64,000 nt of DNA from Dehalococcoidia bacterium (GTDB lineage: Bacteria; Chloroflexota; Dehalococcoidia; SHYB01), in the NCBI GenBank assembly GCA_965248515.1, contig CBDFJU010000003.1:975254-1039253 (forward strand). Reading direction: 5' to 3'. Below the pieces are notes generated by a model. The model saw only the letters and a list, made by a program, of their open reading frames with translations, did no database searches and was not told where the DNA came from. Position 1 is the stretch's first letter. Each line of letters opens with the position of its first letter. Below, in pieces: positions 27,408 through 39,271 of this stretch. A program made the position numbers and the translations under genes.

Positions 27408-28487
27408 ATGGCGCAGCTCGGCGACGCCGCGGCCACCTTCACCACGCCCGATAGCTGGGACTCCTTCGTCGAGACGATCGAGGAGTTCTATCGCAAGGGC
27501 TGGACCGACGGCCTGCCCGTAATCCCGCCCACGCCGGACCTCGTCCAGCGCATGGTCGAGCATTCCGGCCGCGACCCTCACGAGCTCCTCGGTCCCGTGC
27601 CGCCTCGTATGGGCCTGGCCACCGTCGAGACCGTCGCCGCCAACGCCGTGATGGCCGGCTGCCGGCCCGAATATTTCCCAGTGGTCCTGGCCGTCGTCGA
27701 AGCGGCCCTCGACGAGCGCTTCAACCTGAACGGACTGCAGGCCACTACGCATCCCGCCGGGCCTCTCGTGATCATCAGCGGTCCCGTGGTGAAAGAACTC
27801 GACATCAACTACGGTACCAGTGCCTTCGGTCCCGGCTTTCGCTCCAACGCCACCATCGGCAGGGCGCTGCGCCTCGTGATGATGGTCCTCGGCGGCGGCT
27901 ACCCCGAGACCGGCGACAAGTCCGTCCTCGGCTCCCCCGGCAAGTACATCTACTGCATCGGCGAGTCGCCCGACGCGCCCTGGGGCCCGCTCCATAGGGA
28001 CTTCGGCGCCGACAGCGCAAGCGGCGTCACCGTAATCGGCTGCGATAGCCCGGTCCAGTACGCCTCCGGCGGCGCTGCCAAGGACCCGGAGATAGCCCTG
28101 CGGGACATGGTCGACCAGGTCGGGGTCTCGTGGCACACGATCCGTCGGGGAGGCGAGGTCCTCTTCGTCCTCAACCCCCTCATAGCGAAATCCTTATACG
28201 ACGCCGGCTGGTCGAAAAAGGCCATCGGCGAGCACGTCCACGAGCACGCCCAGGTGTCGATGAAAGGCATGCTGGAACGCGGCCGCATGAGCTGGAATGC
28301 CGGCGCTCCCGAGGACGTCTGGCCCGCAAGCCCCGACGACCTCGACGACACCACGATGATTTCCGTGCTGCGCAAGCCCGAGCACCTGCTGGTCACCGTC
28401 GCCGGCGGGCTCCAGGCCGCGTTCTGCGCCTGCATCCAGGGCTGGGGCTACATGGGCGGCTGGGCCACCAGCCGACCGATCAGCTAG
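27408..28487 (+). CDS. Hypothetical protein, downstream of the UGSC gene.
   Basis: Long clean ORF with typical codon usage. No family recognised. Confidence 0.5.
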   Translation: MAQLGDAAATFTTPDSWDSFVETIEEFYRKGWTDGLPVIPPTPDLVQRMVEHSGRDPHELLGPVPPRMGLATVETVAANAVMAGCRPEYFPVVLAVVEAALDERFNLNGLQATTHPAGPLVIISGPVVKELDINYGTSAFGPGFRSNATIGRALRLVMMVLGGGYPETGDKSVLGSPGKYIYCIGESPDAPWGPLHRDFGADSASGVTVIGCDSPVQYASGGAAKDPEIALRDMVDQVGVSWHTIRRGGEVLFVLNPLIAKSLYDAGWSKKAIGEHVHEHAQVSMKGMLERGRMSWNAGAPEDVWPASPDDLDDTTMISVLRKPEHLLVTVAGGLQAAFCACIQGWGYMGGWATSRPIS

Positions 28488-28783
28488 GCGGCGGTCGGGC
28501 CGGGAGTCCAGAGGGGCGGCGCCCCTTTGGCAGGGGTTGAAGGGGATGTGCCCCTTCTCTCAATGAATAGCCCGAAGGGCTACCTTGAACCCCCTTCAGG
28601 GGGTTTGGGGGTCTCCTCGGCAATCCGAACCTCACGCGAACGTCTTTGGACCGCATACGTTCGCCGACGACCCTCCGGCTCACCCTTCGACAGGCCCAGG
28701 TTGAGCGATCAGGCGCCCACCGCCTCCCTCCACCAGCGGTATAATCCCATCGCCCTTCCCCAAGCCCGCTCAGGAGGTCCCCC

Positions 28784-29980
28784 ATGCCCGGTCCCCTCGA
28801 CGGAATCCGCGTCATCGACTTCACCCACGCCCTCGCCGCGCCCTTCGGCACCATGGTCCTGGCCGACCTCGGCGCCGAGGTCATTAACGTGGTCCGGGTC
28901 GAAGAGCGCGACGAGACCCGCGGCCACGGCCCCTTTGTCAACGGACGCAGCACCTTCCGTTTCTCGATCGAGCGCGGCAAGAAAGGCATCCAGGTCGACC
29001 TCAAGCGCCCCGAGGGGCTGGAGCTGGCTCTCGACCTGGCGGACCGCAGCGACGTCCTCACCGAGAATTTCACCCCTGGTGCGATGGACCGCCTCGGGTT
29101 GGGCTACGAAGTCGTGTCGAAAAGGAACCCGCGCATCGTCTACGCGTCGTGCTCCGGCTTCGGGCAGACCGGCCCCTACGCACGGCGCGGCGGTCTCGAT
29201 GCCGTGATCCAGGCGATGAGCGGACTCATGAGCATCACCGGCGAGGCCGACGGCCGCCCGATGCGCACCGGCGCCTCCTTCGGCGATACGATCGCTGGGG
29301 CCCACTTCGCCATGGGCATCATCACCGCCCTCTACGAGCGAGAGCGCAGCGGCAAGGGGCAACGCCTCGACGTCAGCATGCTCGGCGCTATGGTCTACCA
29401 CCTGGAGAACGCCATCATCCGGCAGTCCGCCGGCGACACGCCCAAGCGAATCGGCCCGCGCCACCCGCTGAGCACCCCGTTCCAGCCCTTCGAGACGGCC
29501 GACGGCTGGATCGTCGTCGCCGGCACCCGGGACTGGCCCGCCCTCTGCGTCGTCATCGGCCGCGAGGAGCTAGCCAAAGACCCCCGGTTCGAGACCAACG
29601 CGGGACGCACCGCACTCCACGCCGAGCTCGAGCCCATCCTAATGGAGGCTTTCCGAGCCAAAGGCTCGGAGGAATGGCTGCGGCTTTTGGAAGGGATCTG
29701 CCTCGCCGCGCCCGTTTACTCCATCGATGAGATGATCCACGACCCACACATCCAGGCGACGGATACCATCGTCCGCCTGCCGGTGCCCGGGCCGGAGGAG
29801 CGCACCGTGCTCGTGCCCAACTCGCCGCTGCGCCTCTCGCGTACGCCGCCGCGTGTCGACTCGCCGGGCCCGGCCACGGGCGAGCACACTCGGCAGGTGC
29901 TTCAAGAGGTGCTCGAGATGCCGCCGCAGCGGATCGCGGAGCTCGAGGCGGCCGGCGTGGTGCGGTGTAACGAGGACTAG
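28784..29980 (+). CDS. CoA-transferase family III (CaiB/BaiF-like).
   Basis: GIRVIDFTHALAAPFGTMVLADLGAEVI N-terminal signature. Confidence 0.85.
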   Translation: MPGPLDGIRVIDFTHALAAPFGTMVLADLGAEVINVVRVEERDETRGHGPFVNGRSTFRFSIERGKKGIQVDLKRPEGLELALDLADRSDVLTENFTPGAMDRLGLGYEVVSKRNPRIVYASCSGFGQTGPYARRGGLDAVIQAMSGLMSITGEADGRPMRTGASFGDTIAGAHFAMGIITALYERERSGKGQRLDVSMLGAMVYHLENAIIRQSAGDTPKRIGPRHPLSTPFQPFETADGWIVVAGTRDWPALCVVIGREELAKDPRFETNAGRTALHAELEPILMEAFRAKGSEEWLRLLEGICLAAPVYSIDEMIHDPHIQATDTIVRLPVPGPEERTVLVPNSPLRLSRTPPRVDSPGPATGEHTRQVLQEVLEMPPQRIAELEAAGVVRCNED

Positions 29981-30393
29981 CCGGAGGAGGGCCGGAACTT
30001 CGGGATGCTGATCGCGTCCGTCGCGTCCTCGAACACGACCTCCACCGGCATGCCGATCTCCACGTCGTAGGGGTCCGCAGCGCCGACGACGTTTGTCAGC
30101 ATCAGCACGCCCTCGTCTAACGTCACGTAGGCCAGCACATAGGGGCCCTCGTCTTTGAAGCCCGGCGACTTGTTCTGGTGCACGACCGACAGGCTGTAGA
30201 CCGCGCCCTTGCCGCTGACCTTCACCCACTCGAGCTCCGTTGACAGGCAGCGAGGGCATACCCCCTGCGGCGGGTAAAACAGCTCGTTGCATTCGGTGCA
30301 GCGCGGGAGGCGCAGCTCGTGGAGCTTGCACGCGTCCCAGAAGGGCTTGGTGTCGGCGTTGACCGTCGGCAGCGGCTTGACGTAGTCGGCCAT
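29977..30393 (-). CDS. Zn-ribbon/OB-fold (DUF35) protein, partner of thiolase-like enzymes.
   Basis: CTECNELFYPPQGVCPRCLS zinc ribbon plus OB-fold. Confidence 0.75.
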   Translation of the reverse strand: MADYVKPLPTVNADTKPFWDACKLHELRLPRCTECNELFYPPQGVCPRCLSTELEWVKVSGKGAVYSLSVVHQNKSPGFKDEGPYVLAYVTLDEGVLMLTNVVGAADPYDVEIGMPVEVVFEDATDAISIPKFRPSSG

Positions 30394-30394
30394 G

Positions 30395-31564
30395 TTAGTC
30401 GCTCCCCAGGACCATCGTCACGCCGCTATGCCTTCCGCCGATGTTGCCCCCGGTCCCATGACAAAGTGAGATCTTGCAGTCCTTCACCTGGCGCTCGGTT
30501 CCCGCGTAGTCTCCCCGCAGCTGCTTCACCGCCTCGATAACCAGGAAGATGCCGCGCATGCCGGGGTGATTCGAAGAGAGGCCGCCGCCGTCGGTGTTCA
30601 TCGGAAGCTCGCCGTCGATAGCAAGCCGTCCTCCCTCGACGTAGCTGCCGCCCTCACCGCGTTTACAGAAGCCGAGACCTTCGAGGCTGGTCAGCACCGT
30701 GATGGTGAACGAGTCGTAGACCATCAGGTGATCGATATCCTTGTGCTCGACCCCCGCCATGGCGAAGGCCGTTGGCGCCGACCGGTACGGGGCAACGTCC
30801 ATGAAGTCGCGGTGGCCACCGCGGAGGTACTCGTAGCCTTCGCCGACCCCGAGGAGCCATGCGGGCTTCGTCTTGATGTCCCTCGCCCGCTCCGGGCTCG
30901 TTACCACCAGCGCCCCCCCGCTGTCCGAGATGACGCAGCAGTCGAACAGGTGCAGCGGCCAGGCGATGGGGCGTGAGGCGAGTACATCCTCGACGGTGAT
31001 AGGGTCGCGGAACATGGCGTTGGGGTTCATGCCGGCATGGCGCCGCGTCGTGACCGCGATCTCCGCCAGTTGCTCGCTGGTCGTCCCGAACTCGTGCATG
31101 TGCCGCGACGCCACGGTCGCGTAGAGCCCGGCGAGGATGCCCCCGTAGGGCGCCTCGAAACTCTCCGGCCATGGGTTCAGCCTCGAGCCACCCGAGCCCC
31201 CGGTGCCGATGGCCCGCCCGATCTGGATCGGCGTCGCTCCGTATGTGATGAGCACCACCTCGCACTGCTTTGCGGCGATGGCGGCCGCGGCCCGGGAGAC
31301 ATGCGCCAGGAACGAGGACCCTCCAATGTTCATCCCGTCGAGGACCCTGGGGTTCAGGCCGAGGTAATCGGCGAGGTAGACCACGTCCATTCCCGCGTTG
31401 GCCGGCGACATGAAGCCGTCGACGTCCTTGACGCTCAGGCCGGCCTCGGCCAGCGCCTGCCGGGCGCACTCCGCCTGAATCATGTTCGGCGTCACGCCGG
31501 GAGTCTGCCGGCCTGGGTACTCATACGCGCCGACGATCGCGGCGCTCTTCGTCAGGGAGCCCAT
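30395..31564 (-). CDS. Thiolase-like protein (SCP-x/lipid-transfer type).
   Basis: Thiolase fold motifs. Start MGSLTKSAAIVGAYEYPG chosen over the longer listed ORF. Confidence 0.8.
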   Translation of the reverse strand: MGSLTKSAAIVGAYEYPGRQTPGVTPNMIQAECARQALAEAGLSVKDVDGFMSPANAGMDVVYLADYLGLNPRVLDGMNIGGSSFLAHVSRAAAAIAAKQCEVVLITYGATPIQIGRAIGTGGSGGSRLNPWPESFEAPYGGILAGLYATVASRHMHEFGTTSEQLAEIAVTTRRHAGMNPNAMFRDPITVEDVLASRPIAWPLHLFDCCVISDSGGALVVTSPERARDIKTKPAWLLGVGEGYEYLRGGHRDFMDVAPYRSAPTAFAMAGVEHKDIDHLMVYDSFTITVLTSLEGLGFCKRGEGGSYVEGGRLAIDGELPMNTDGGGLSSNHPGMRGIFLVIEAVKQLRGDYAGTERQVKDCKISLCHGTGGNIGGRHSGVTMVLGSD

Positions 31565-31571
31565 GCCCGGA

Positions 31572-31796
31572 CTAGTCCAGCACCGGTATCGAGGTCCACT
31601 GCATCTCGTCGGGCTTGTCCACCAGCTTCTTCTCGCCGGCAATCTCCCGGATCTTGAGAAGCGTCATATTGACTTCCGGCGTCAGAAACACCCAGTCCGG
31701 CTCCGGCGGAAACCAGTAAGGCGAGTTGATCCGGACCACCGTCTTGTCCTTCGCGTTCAGATAGATACCGAACTTCTTGATGTTCTCCTGCACCAT
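31572..31796 (-). CDS. Small hypothetical protein heading the thiolase operon.
   Basis: 74 aa ORF, tight spacing to thiolase. Confidence 0.35.
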   Translation of the reverse strand: MVQENIKKFGIYLNAKDKTVVRINSPYWFPPEPDWVFLTPEVNMTLLKIREIAGEKKLVDKPDEMQWTSIPVLD

Positions 31797-31819
31797 GCGT
31801 CGCCTCCTCTTGAAACGGT

Positions 31820-33661
<1,842 letters not shown>

Positions 33662-33679
33662 TGGTGGTCTGGTCCTCCG

Positions 33680-34393
33680 TCAGGCCTGCGTAGCTCGACT
33701 GGCGGCCGCCTCGTCCCGCGTCGGCGACTCGAGGGCGTAATAGCCGCGGTATTCGGAGGGCAGCAAGGCGGCGACGCGCTCCATCATCATGTCGGACATG
33801 GCCGCTATCTGGGCCCGGTCGAGGTTCCCCTGAAGATGGGGGAGGGTGAAAGGCTGCCCAATCCTAACAGTTAGGCTAGGGCGTGTAAACAAACTGGACC
33901 ACCCGTGAAAGTTCTCCGAACCGGTGATCCCCACCGGCAGAATCGGCGCTTGCGACTGCATGGCGATCAGGGCCGCTCCCGGTTTCGCCCGGGTCATGGA
34001 ACCCTTCGATCGGGTCCCTTCCGGGAACGTGCTCACGGCCCGGTCTCGGGCCAGCGCCGCCAGCACGTTATCCATCGTTTGTCGCTGCGCCTTCCCTCGG
34101 GCAATGCGTATCGATCCGTAGCCCCGGACCAGCCAGCCGACGATTAGTTTGTCGTACAGCTCCGCCTTCGCGATGAAGGAGATTCGCCGTGGCACGGCGG
34201 TCGCGATCAACGAGGGGTCGGCGTAGCTCATGTGGTTCGAGACGATGAACAGGGGGCCGTGCGGTGGGACGTTTTCCCGTCCCTCGATGCGCCAGGTAGC
34301 GAGGAAGATCAGCAGAAACCTGGCCAGCTCCGTGAAGAAGACCCAGTGGAGCCAGAGGTAGGGGCGGCCTAGGAGTTTTCGAACAATGCGCAT
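33680..34393 (-). CDS. plsC: 1-acyl-sn-glycerol-3-phosphate acyltransferase.
   Basis: HxxxxD motif (NHMSYADP), FPEGTRS. Confidence 0.8.
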   Translation of the reverse strand: MRIVRKLLGRPYLWLHWVFFTELARFLLIFLATWRIEGRENVPPHGPLFIVSNHMSYADPSLIATAVPRRISFIAKAELYDKLIVGWLVRGYGSIRIARGKAQRQTMDNVLAALARDRAVSTFPEGTRSKGSMTRAKPGAALIAMQSQAPILPVGITGSENFHGWSSLFTRPSLTVRIGQPFTLPHLQGNLDRAQIAAMSDMMMERVAALLPSEYRGYYALESPTRDEAAASRATQA

Positions 34394-35067
34394 ATCGCCT
34401 CGGTGACTTGCTTCGCTGTTCGGCCATCAGTGTCGACGTGGCGTGCGTCGCTGGCGGCGACAAGGGGTGAGAGCTCGCGCTCACTGTCCAGCTTGTCGCG
34501 ACGCTTCAGGTCCTGCAGGACCTTCTCGTACGCGAGGTCCTCCCCGCGAGCGACGTTCTGCTCGTAACGTCGCCGGGCCCGCTCCTCGGCCGACGCCAGG
34601 AGGAACACCTTGAGCCCGGCCTTTGGCAGCACCTTCGTGCCGATGTCCCGGCCGACCATCACGATGCCGCCAGTCCCGGCGAGCTCGCGCTGCCGGAGCA
34701 CCAATGCGTCCCGCACCCCGCCGACCATCGAGACCGCGGACACTGCCCGGTCGACCTCCGGCGTGTAGATCTCGCCCGTCACGTCGCGCCCGTTGGCCGT
34801 GACCCTGGTCACTCCATTCGGACCAGGCAGCGGGGCGATCTCCATCGACGCCAACTCCGCCAACTCGGTGAGCGCGGCCTTGTCGTCGACGCTAATTCGT
34901 TGCCGCAAAGCCAAGGCCGTCACGGTGCGGTACATGACTCCGGTGTCGAGAAAACGATAGCCGAGACGCCCGGCCAGCTGAACGCCGACGGTGGTCTTGC
35001 CGGAGGCGCCAGGCCCGTCGATGGCGATCGTCTTCGGCTGCTTGTTTCCCATCTCTGGAGCGGTCAT
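34369..35067 (-). CDS. cmk: Cytidylate kinase.
   Basis: IAIDGPGASGKTT P-loop. Start uncertain (35052/35067/35148 alternatives). Confidence 0.8.
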   Translation of the reverse strand: MTAPEMGNKQPKTIAIDGPGASGKTTVGVQLAGRLGYRFLDTGVMYRTVTALALRQRISVDDKAALTELAELASMEIAPLPGPNGVTRVTANGRDVTGEIYTPEVDRAVSAVSMVGGVRDALVLRQRELAGTGGIVMVGRDIGTKVLPKAGLKVFLLASAEERARRRYEQNVARGEDLAYEKVLQDLKRRDKLDSERELSPLVAASDARHVDTDGRTAKQVTEAICALFENS

Positions 35068-35188
35068 GCCTGGAGAATTATAGCCGTGGCCCGAGGCGGC
35101 AGGCAAAAGCGCCCCGCGCTGGGCCGCCTTGACTTTTGCCCTTCCCACATTAGACTTGGCCCGTATCCGTAGCCCCAGGAGTGAGAAG

Positions 35189-36424
35189 GTGCGGTTCCAC
35201 TGGTTCCACCTGATGCCCTATCAGGACCTCCCTGCCGACTTCTCCACGAAATACGGCAGCGTCTGGGTCGACCCACCGTCGAGCCGCCTCTACGACCCTG
35301 TGGCAGGGCACCGCATGTATAACGAGTACATCGACGAGCTCGAGCACGCCGCCGAGGCCGGGTTCGACGGGATCTGCGTCAACGAGCACCATCAGAACGC
35401 CTACGGGCTCATGCCCTCGCCCAACCTGATCGCGTCCGCGCTGGCTCGGAGCACGACCAACACCGCCCTCTGCGTGCTCGGCAACAGCATCGCGCTCTAC
35501 AACCCGCCCGTCCGTGTGGCCGAGGAGATGGCGATGCTCGACGTGCTCAGCGGGGGCCGTCTTGTCGCTGGCTTCCCGGTCGGAACCTCGATGGACACCA
35601 ACTTCTGCTACGGCCAGACGCCCGCCAACCTGCGCGAAAAGTACAACGAGGCCCACGACCTCATCATGCGGGCCTGGACAGAGCCGGAGCCCTTCGTGTT
35701 CAACGGCAAGTACACCCAACTCCGCTATGTGAACATCTGGCCTCGCCCGCTCCAGCAGCCTCATCCACCGGTCTGGATACCCGGTGCCGGAAGCGTCGAG
35801 ACCTGGGAGTGGAGCATCGCCAACGACTACCTTTACTGCTACCTCAGCTTCTCGGGAAACAAGCGCGGCGAGCAGGTCATGAAGGGCTATTGGGACACCG
35901 TCGATCGCATGGGCGTCAATGACAACCCTTACCGTGCCGGGTTCCTGCAGATATGCGCCGTCGGCGAGACCGATGCCGAGGCCGAGAAGCTCTATTCGCC
36001 CCATGTCGACTATTTCTATGACAAGTGTCTGCACATCGGCCCCGGCTATGTCGAAGCGCCCGGCTACCGCAGCATCCGAAGCGTTCAGTCGGGGCTCGCC
36101 AAGTCGTTCAGCGGCATCTCCGACGCGCGCGGGAACAGTTGGAAGCAGTACCTCGATGAAGGCTTCGTCGTAGCGGGCAGCCCGTCCACCGTTGTCGACC
36201 AGCTCAAGGACGTCGTCGAACGGCTGCACGTCGGGCACCTACTGCTGCTCCTCCACTTCGGCGACATGCCGCGAGAGAAGACCATGCAGAATACCGAGCT
36301 TTTCGCCCGAGAGGTCATGCCCCGCTTGAAAAACATGTGGCCCCAGTGGGAGGACCGCTGGTATCCGAAGGGCCTTGACAGCGGCCCGGCGGTCGCCGCC
36401 CCGGCCGAGTCGAGCGCCAGATAA
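35189..36424 (+). CDS. LLM-class (luciferase-like) flavin-dependent oxidoreductase.
   Basis: GICVNEHHQNAYGLMPSPNL... GTG start after AGGAG chosen (MRFHWFHL). Listed ORF starts at 35129. Confidence 0.75.
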   Translation: MRFHWFHLMPYQDLPADFSTKYGSVWVDPPSSRLYDPVAGHRMYNEYIDELEHAAEAGFDGICVNEHHQNAYGLMPSPNLIASALARSTTNTALCVLGNSIALYNPPVRVAEEMAMLDVLSGGRLVAGFPVGTSMDTNFCYGQTPANLREKYNEAHDLIMRAWTEPEPFVFNGKYTQLRYVNIWPRPLQQPHPPVWIPGAGSVETWEWSIANDYLYCYLSFSGNKRGEQVMKGYWDTVDRMGVNDNPYRAGFLQICAVGETDAEAEKLYSPHVDYFYDKCLHIGPGYVEAPGYRSIRSVQSGLAKSFSGISDARGNSWKQYLDEGFVVAGSPSTVVDQLKDVVERLHVGHLLLLLHFGDMPREKTMQNTELFAREVMPRLKNMWPQWEDRWYPKGLDSGPAVAAPAESSAR

Positions 36425-36434
36425 CAGCCCTCCC

Positions 36435-37220
36435 ATGCCCCAGCCTCAACTCATCTCCGTTCGCGATGGCGCATTCCAGGCCAACACCTGGACTCAGGGG
36501 AGTGGTCCGCCGCTGCTCTATCTGCACGGAATCACCGGCCTCGCCGACTGGCCCGATTGGCTCGACCGACTCAGCGCCCGGTTTCGAGTTGTCGCCCCGC
36601 AGCACCCCGGTTGCGGTGAGTCGACAGGCATCGAGCGCCTCGACGATTTCCTCGACCTGGTTCTGTACTATGCTGACTTCATGGAGGCCACTGGCCTCGA
36701 GCGCCCCGTGGTTATGGGCCACTCCTTCGGTGGCAACATCGCCGCCGAGGTGGCGGCTATCCATCCCAGCGCTGTCGACAAGCTGGTGCTCGTCGCCCCC
36801 ACCGGCCTCTGGGACGACGCCCACCCCGTCACCGACGTCTTTGCCATGACGGAGCCCGAGCTTGTGCGCATCTCCTGGCACGACTACGACGGGGCGAAGG
36901 CCAACGGCCTGTTCCGCGTCCCCGCAACCGACGAGGAAAAGGGCGCTGCCCTCCTCGACCGGGCCAAGGCGCTGTCCTCGGCGGGCAAATTCCTCTGGCC
37001 TATACCCGACAAGGGCCTCAAGAAACGCATCGACCGTGTCCGCGCGCCTGCGCTGCTCGTCTGGGGTGCGTCCGACAAGATCGTGCCGCCTGCGTACGGT
37101 CCGATATTCCAGGGGCGGTTGCGCGGCGCGAAGGTCGTCGAGATCCCGGAGGCCGGCCACTACCCCATGCTCGAGCAGCCCGACCGGTTCATCGAAGCCG
37201 TCGAGGGGTTTCTGGGGTAA
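36435..37220 (+). CDS. Alpha/beta-hydrolase fold protein.
   Basis: GHSFGG nucleophile elbow, HG oxyanion (LYLHGITG). Confidence 0.8.
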   Translation: MPQPQLISVRDGAFQANTWTQGSGPPLLYLHGITGLADWPDWLDRLSARFRVVAPQHPGCGESTGIERLDDFLDLVLYYADFMEATGLERPVVMGHSFGGNIAAEVAAIHPSAVDKLVLVAPTGLWDDAHPVTDVFAMTEPELVRISWHDYDGAKANGLFRVPATDEEKGAALLDRAKALSSAGKFLWPIPDKGLKKRIDRVRAPALLVWGASDKIVPPAYGPIFQGRLRGAKVVEIPEAGHYPMLEQPDRFIEAVEGFLG

Positions 37221-37264
37221 CCTCCTGTTCCCTGTTGCACCCCTGTACCTTTTTGTGTTACGGT

Positions 37265-37510
37265 TTGACGGTACGTATCAATCGCGGAGACGGGGAGTAG
37301 TAGAGGAAACCGGGTCCCGTGAGAGTCGGGGGTCGGAGCGACCCGACGGCACAGGTCCTTGAACTCGCCCCCGAGCGACCGGGCTGAAACTCGAGTAGGT
37401 CCGGCGGGCAAGCCCGTTACAGCGAACGAGAGCTCCGCTTCTGGCGGGGAACAAGGGTGGTACCGCGGGATGCAATCCCGTCCCTTAACGCAGGGGCGGG
37501 ATTTTTTGGT
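37265..37510 (+). promoter_or_regulatory. T-box riboswitch leader upstream of ilvB.
   Basis: T-box sequence aacaAGGGTGGTACCGCGgga at 37450-37470, followed by a terminator hairpin atcccgtccc/ggggcgggat plus a T-run (37475-37509). Possible CUC specifier (gaaCUCg). Confidence 0.6.
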
Positions 37511-37555
37511 AGCGGTGGAATGTGGTCTCGTTGAAGACCCAGCGGAAAGAGGCTG

Positions 37556-39271
37556 TTGATGAAGCGCACCGGTGCACAGATCGTTTGTGAGTCGTTGCTG
37601 AAGGAAGGGGTGGACATTGTCTTCGGGCTGCTCGGCGGCGCGATTCTCCCCCTCTACCAGACGCTCCCCGAATATCCCAAGCTCAAGCATATCCTGGTAC
37701 GTCACGAGCAGTCCGCTGCCCATGCCGCGGACGGCTATGCTCGTGTGACGGGCAAGGTCGGCGTCTGCGTTGCCACGTCGGGCCCCGGTGCCACGAACCT
37801 GGTCACCGGTCTCGCCAACGCCATGATGGACTCGGTCGCCATGGTCGCCATCACCGGCCAGGTCCCCAGGTCCGCCATCGGGAAAGACGCCTTCCAGGAG
37901 ACCGACGTGACGGGCGTTACCCTCCCGGTCACCAAGCATAACTACCTGGTCATGGACCCGGCCGAGCTCGCCGTCACAGTGAAAGAGGCATTCCACTTGG
38001 CCCGCACCGGCCGGCCGGGGCCCGTGCTCATCGATATCCCGAAGGACGTCCTGCAGATGGAGGCCGATTTCAAATACCCGGACTCGGTCAACCTGCCGGG
38101 CTACAAACCGCACCTGACCGGCCACCCGACCCAGGTCAAGAAGGCCGCCAAACTGATCGCCGAGTCCGAGCGACCCGTGATCCTCGCGGGCCACGGCGTC
38201 ATCATCTCCCGTGCTTACGACGAGCTGCGCGAGCTGGCCGAGACGGCCCAGATCCCGGTGATCACCACCCTCCTCGGCATCAGCGGCTTTCCCGAGAATC
38301 ACGTCCTTTCGGCCGGCATGCCAGGCATGCATGGTATGGCCTATGCCAACCACGCGATCAACGAATCCGACCTCGTGATCGGGATCGGGATGCGCTTCGA
38401 CGACCGTGTCGTTGGGCGCGTGTCGGACTTCGCCCCGAACGCCAGGATCATTCATATCGATATCGACCCGTCGGAAATCGACAAGAACGTTCGCTCAACC
38501 CTTCCCCTGGTGGGCGACGTCAAGCGGGTGTTGGCGGCGATCAACCGCATCATCGAACCGGTGAGCCGCGTCGACTGGATCAAACGGATCGAGGCGCTGA
38601 AGAAGGCCCACCCGTCGCACCTGTTGCCCGAGACCGACAAGTTGCTCCCACAGTTCGTCGTTCGACAGATTTGGGAGGCGACCCAGGGCGACGCGATCAT
38701 TGTCACCGGCGTGGGCCAGCACCAGATGTGGGCCGCCCAGCACTTCTTCTACAACAAGCCGGCGTCCTTCGTCACGTCCGGCGGCCTGGGCACGATGGGC
38801 TTCGAGGTCCCTGCGGCCCTCGGCGCCAAGGTCGGCAAGCCCAAGGAAACCGTATGGTCTATCTGCGGCGACGGCGGGTTCCAGATGACCCTGCAGGAGC
38901 TCGCCACCATCAGGGAGCACAACGTCGATATCAAGTTCGCGATCTTCAACAATGGCTTCCACGGCATGGTCCGCCAGTGGCAGGAGTTCTTCTACGAAAA
39001 GGACTATGTCGCGACACGGTTCTTCAACCCGGACTTCGTCAAGCTCGCCGAGGCCTACGACATTGCGGGTCTTCGGGTGACCGACAGGGCCGCGGTTCGG
39101 CCCACAATCGACGAGGCGATGCAGATCAAGGGGCCCGTGGTTATCGACTTCGTGGTCGAAGCCGAAGAGAACGTCTACCCCATGATCCCGGCCGGCACGT
39201 CGGTGAACGAGATGATCGAAGCCCCAGTCGAGGGCCTGAAGCTCGTCGACTCGAAGGACGCGTCCACATGA
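37556..39271 (+). CDS. ilvB: Acetolactate synthase large subunit.
   Basis: ThDP-binding GDG...N motif region, 571 aa, typical ALS. Confidence 0.9.
   Translation: MMKRTGAQIVCESLLKEGVDIVFGLLGGAILPLYQTLPEYPKLKHILVRHEQSAAHAADGYARVTGKVGVCVATSGPGATNLVTGLANAMMDSVAMVAITGQVPRSAIGKDAFQETDVTGVTLPVTKHNYLVMDPAELAVTVKEAFHLARTGRPGPVLIDIPKDVLQMEADFKYPDSVNLPGYKPHLTGHPTQVKKAAKLIAESERPVILAGHGVIISRAYDELRELAETAQIPVITTLLGISGFPENHVLSAGMPGMHGMAYANHAINESDLVIGIGMRFDDRVVGRVSDFAPNARIIHIDIDPSEIDKNVRSTLPLVGDVKRVLAAINRIIEPVSRVDWIKRIEALKKAHPSHLLPETDKLLPQFVVRQIWEATQGDAIIVTGVGQHQMWAAQHFFYNKPASFVTSGGLGTMGFEVPAALGAKVGKPKETVWSICGDGGFQMTLQELATIREHNVDIKFAIFNNGFHGMVRQWQEFFYEKDYVATRFFNPDFVKLAEAYDIAGLRVTDRAAVRPTIDEAMQIKGPVVIDFVVEAEENVYPMIPAGTSVNEMIEAPVEGLKLVDSKDAST

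Noticed and set aside
26697-28136. 479 aa minus-strand ORF plus several 250-600 aa antisense ORFs (for example 48392-50221, 41268-43034, 35150-36238).
   Set aside because: All lie opposite strongly supported enzyme genes (leuA, leuB, amidohydrolase, LLM) and have shadow-ORF composition.
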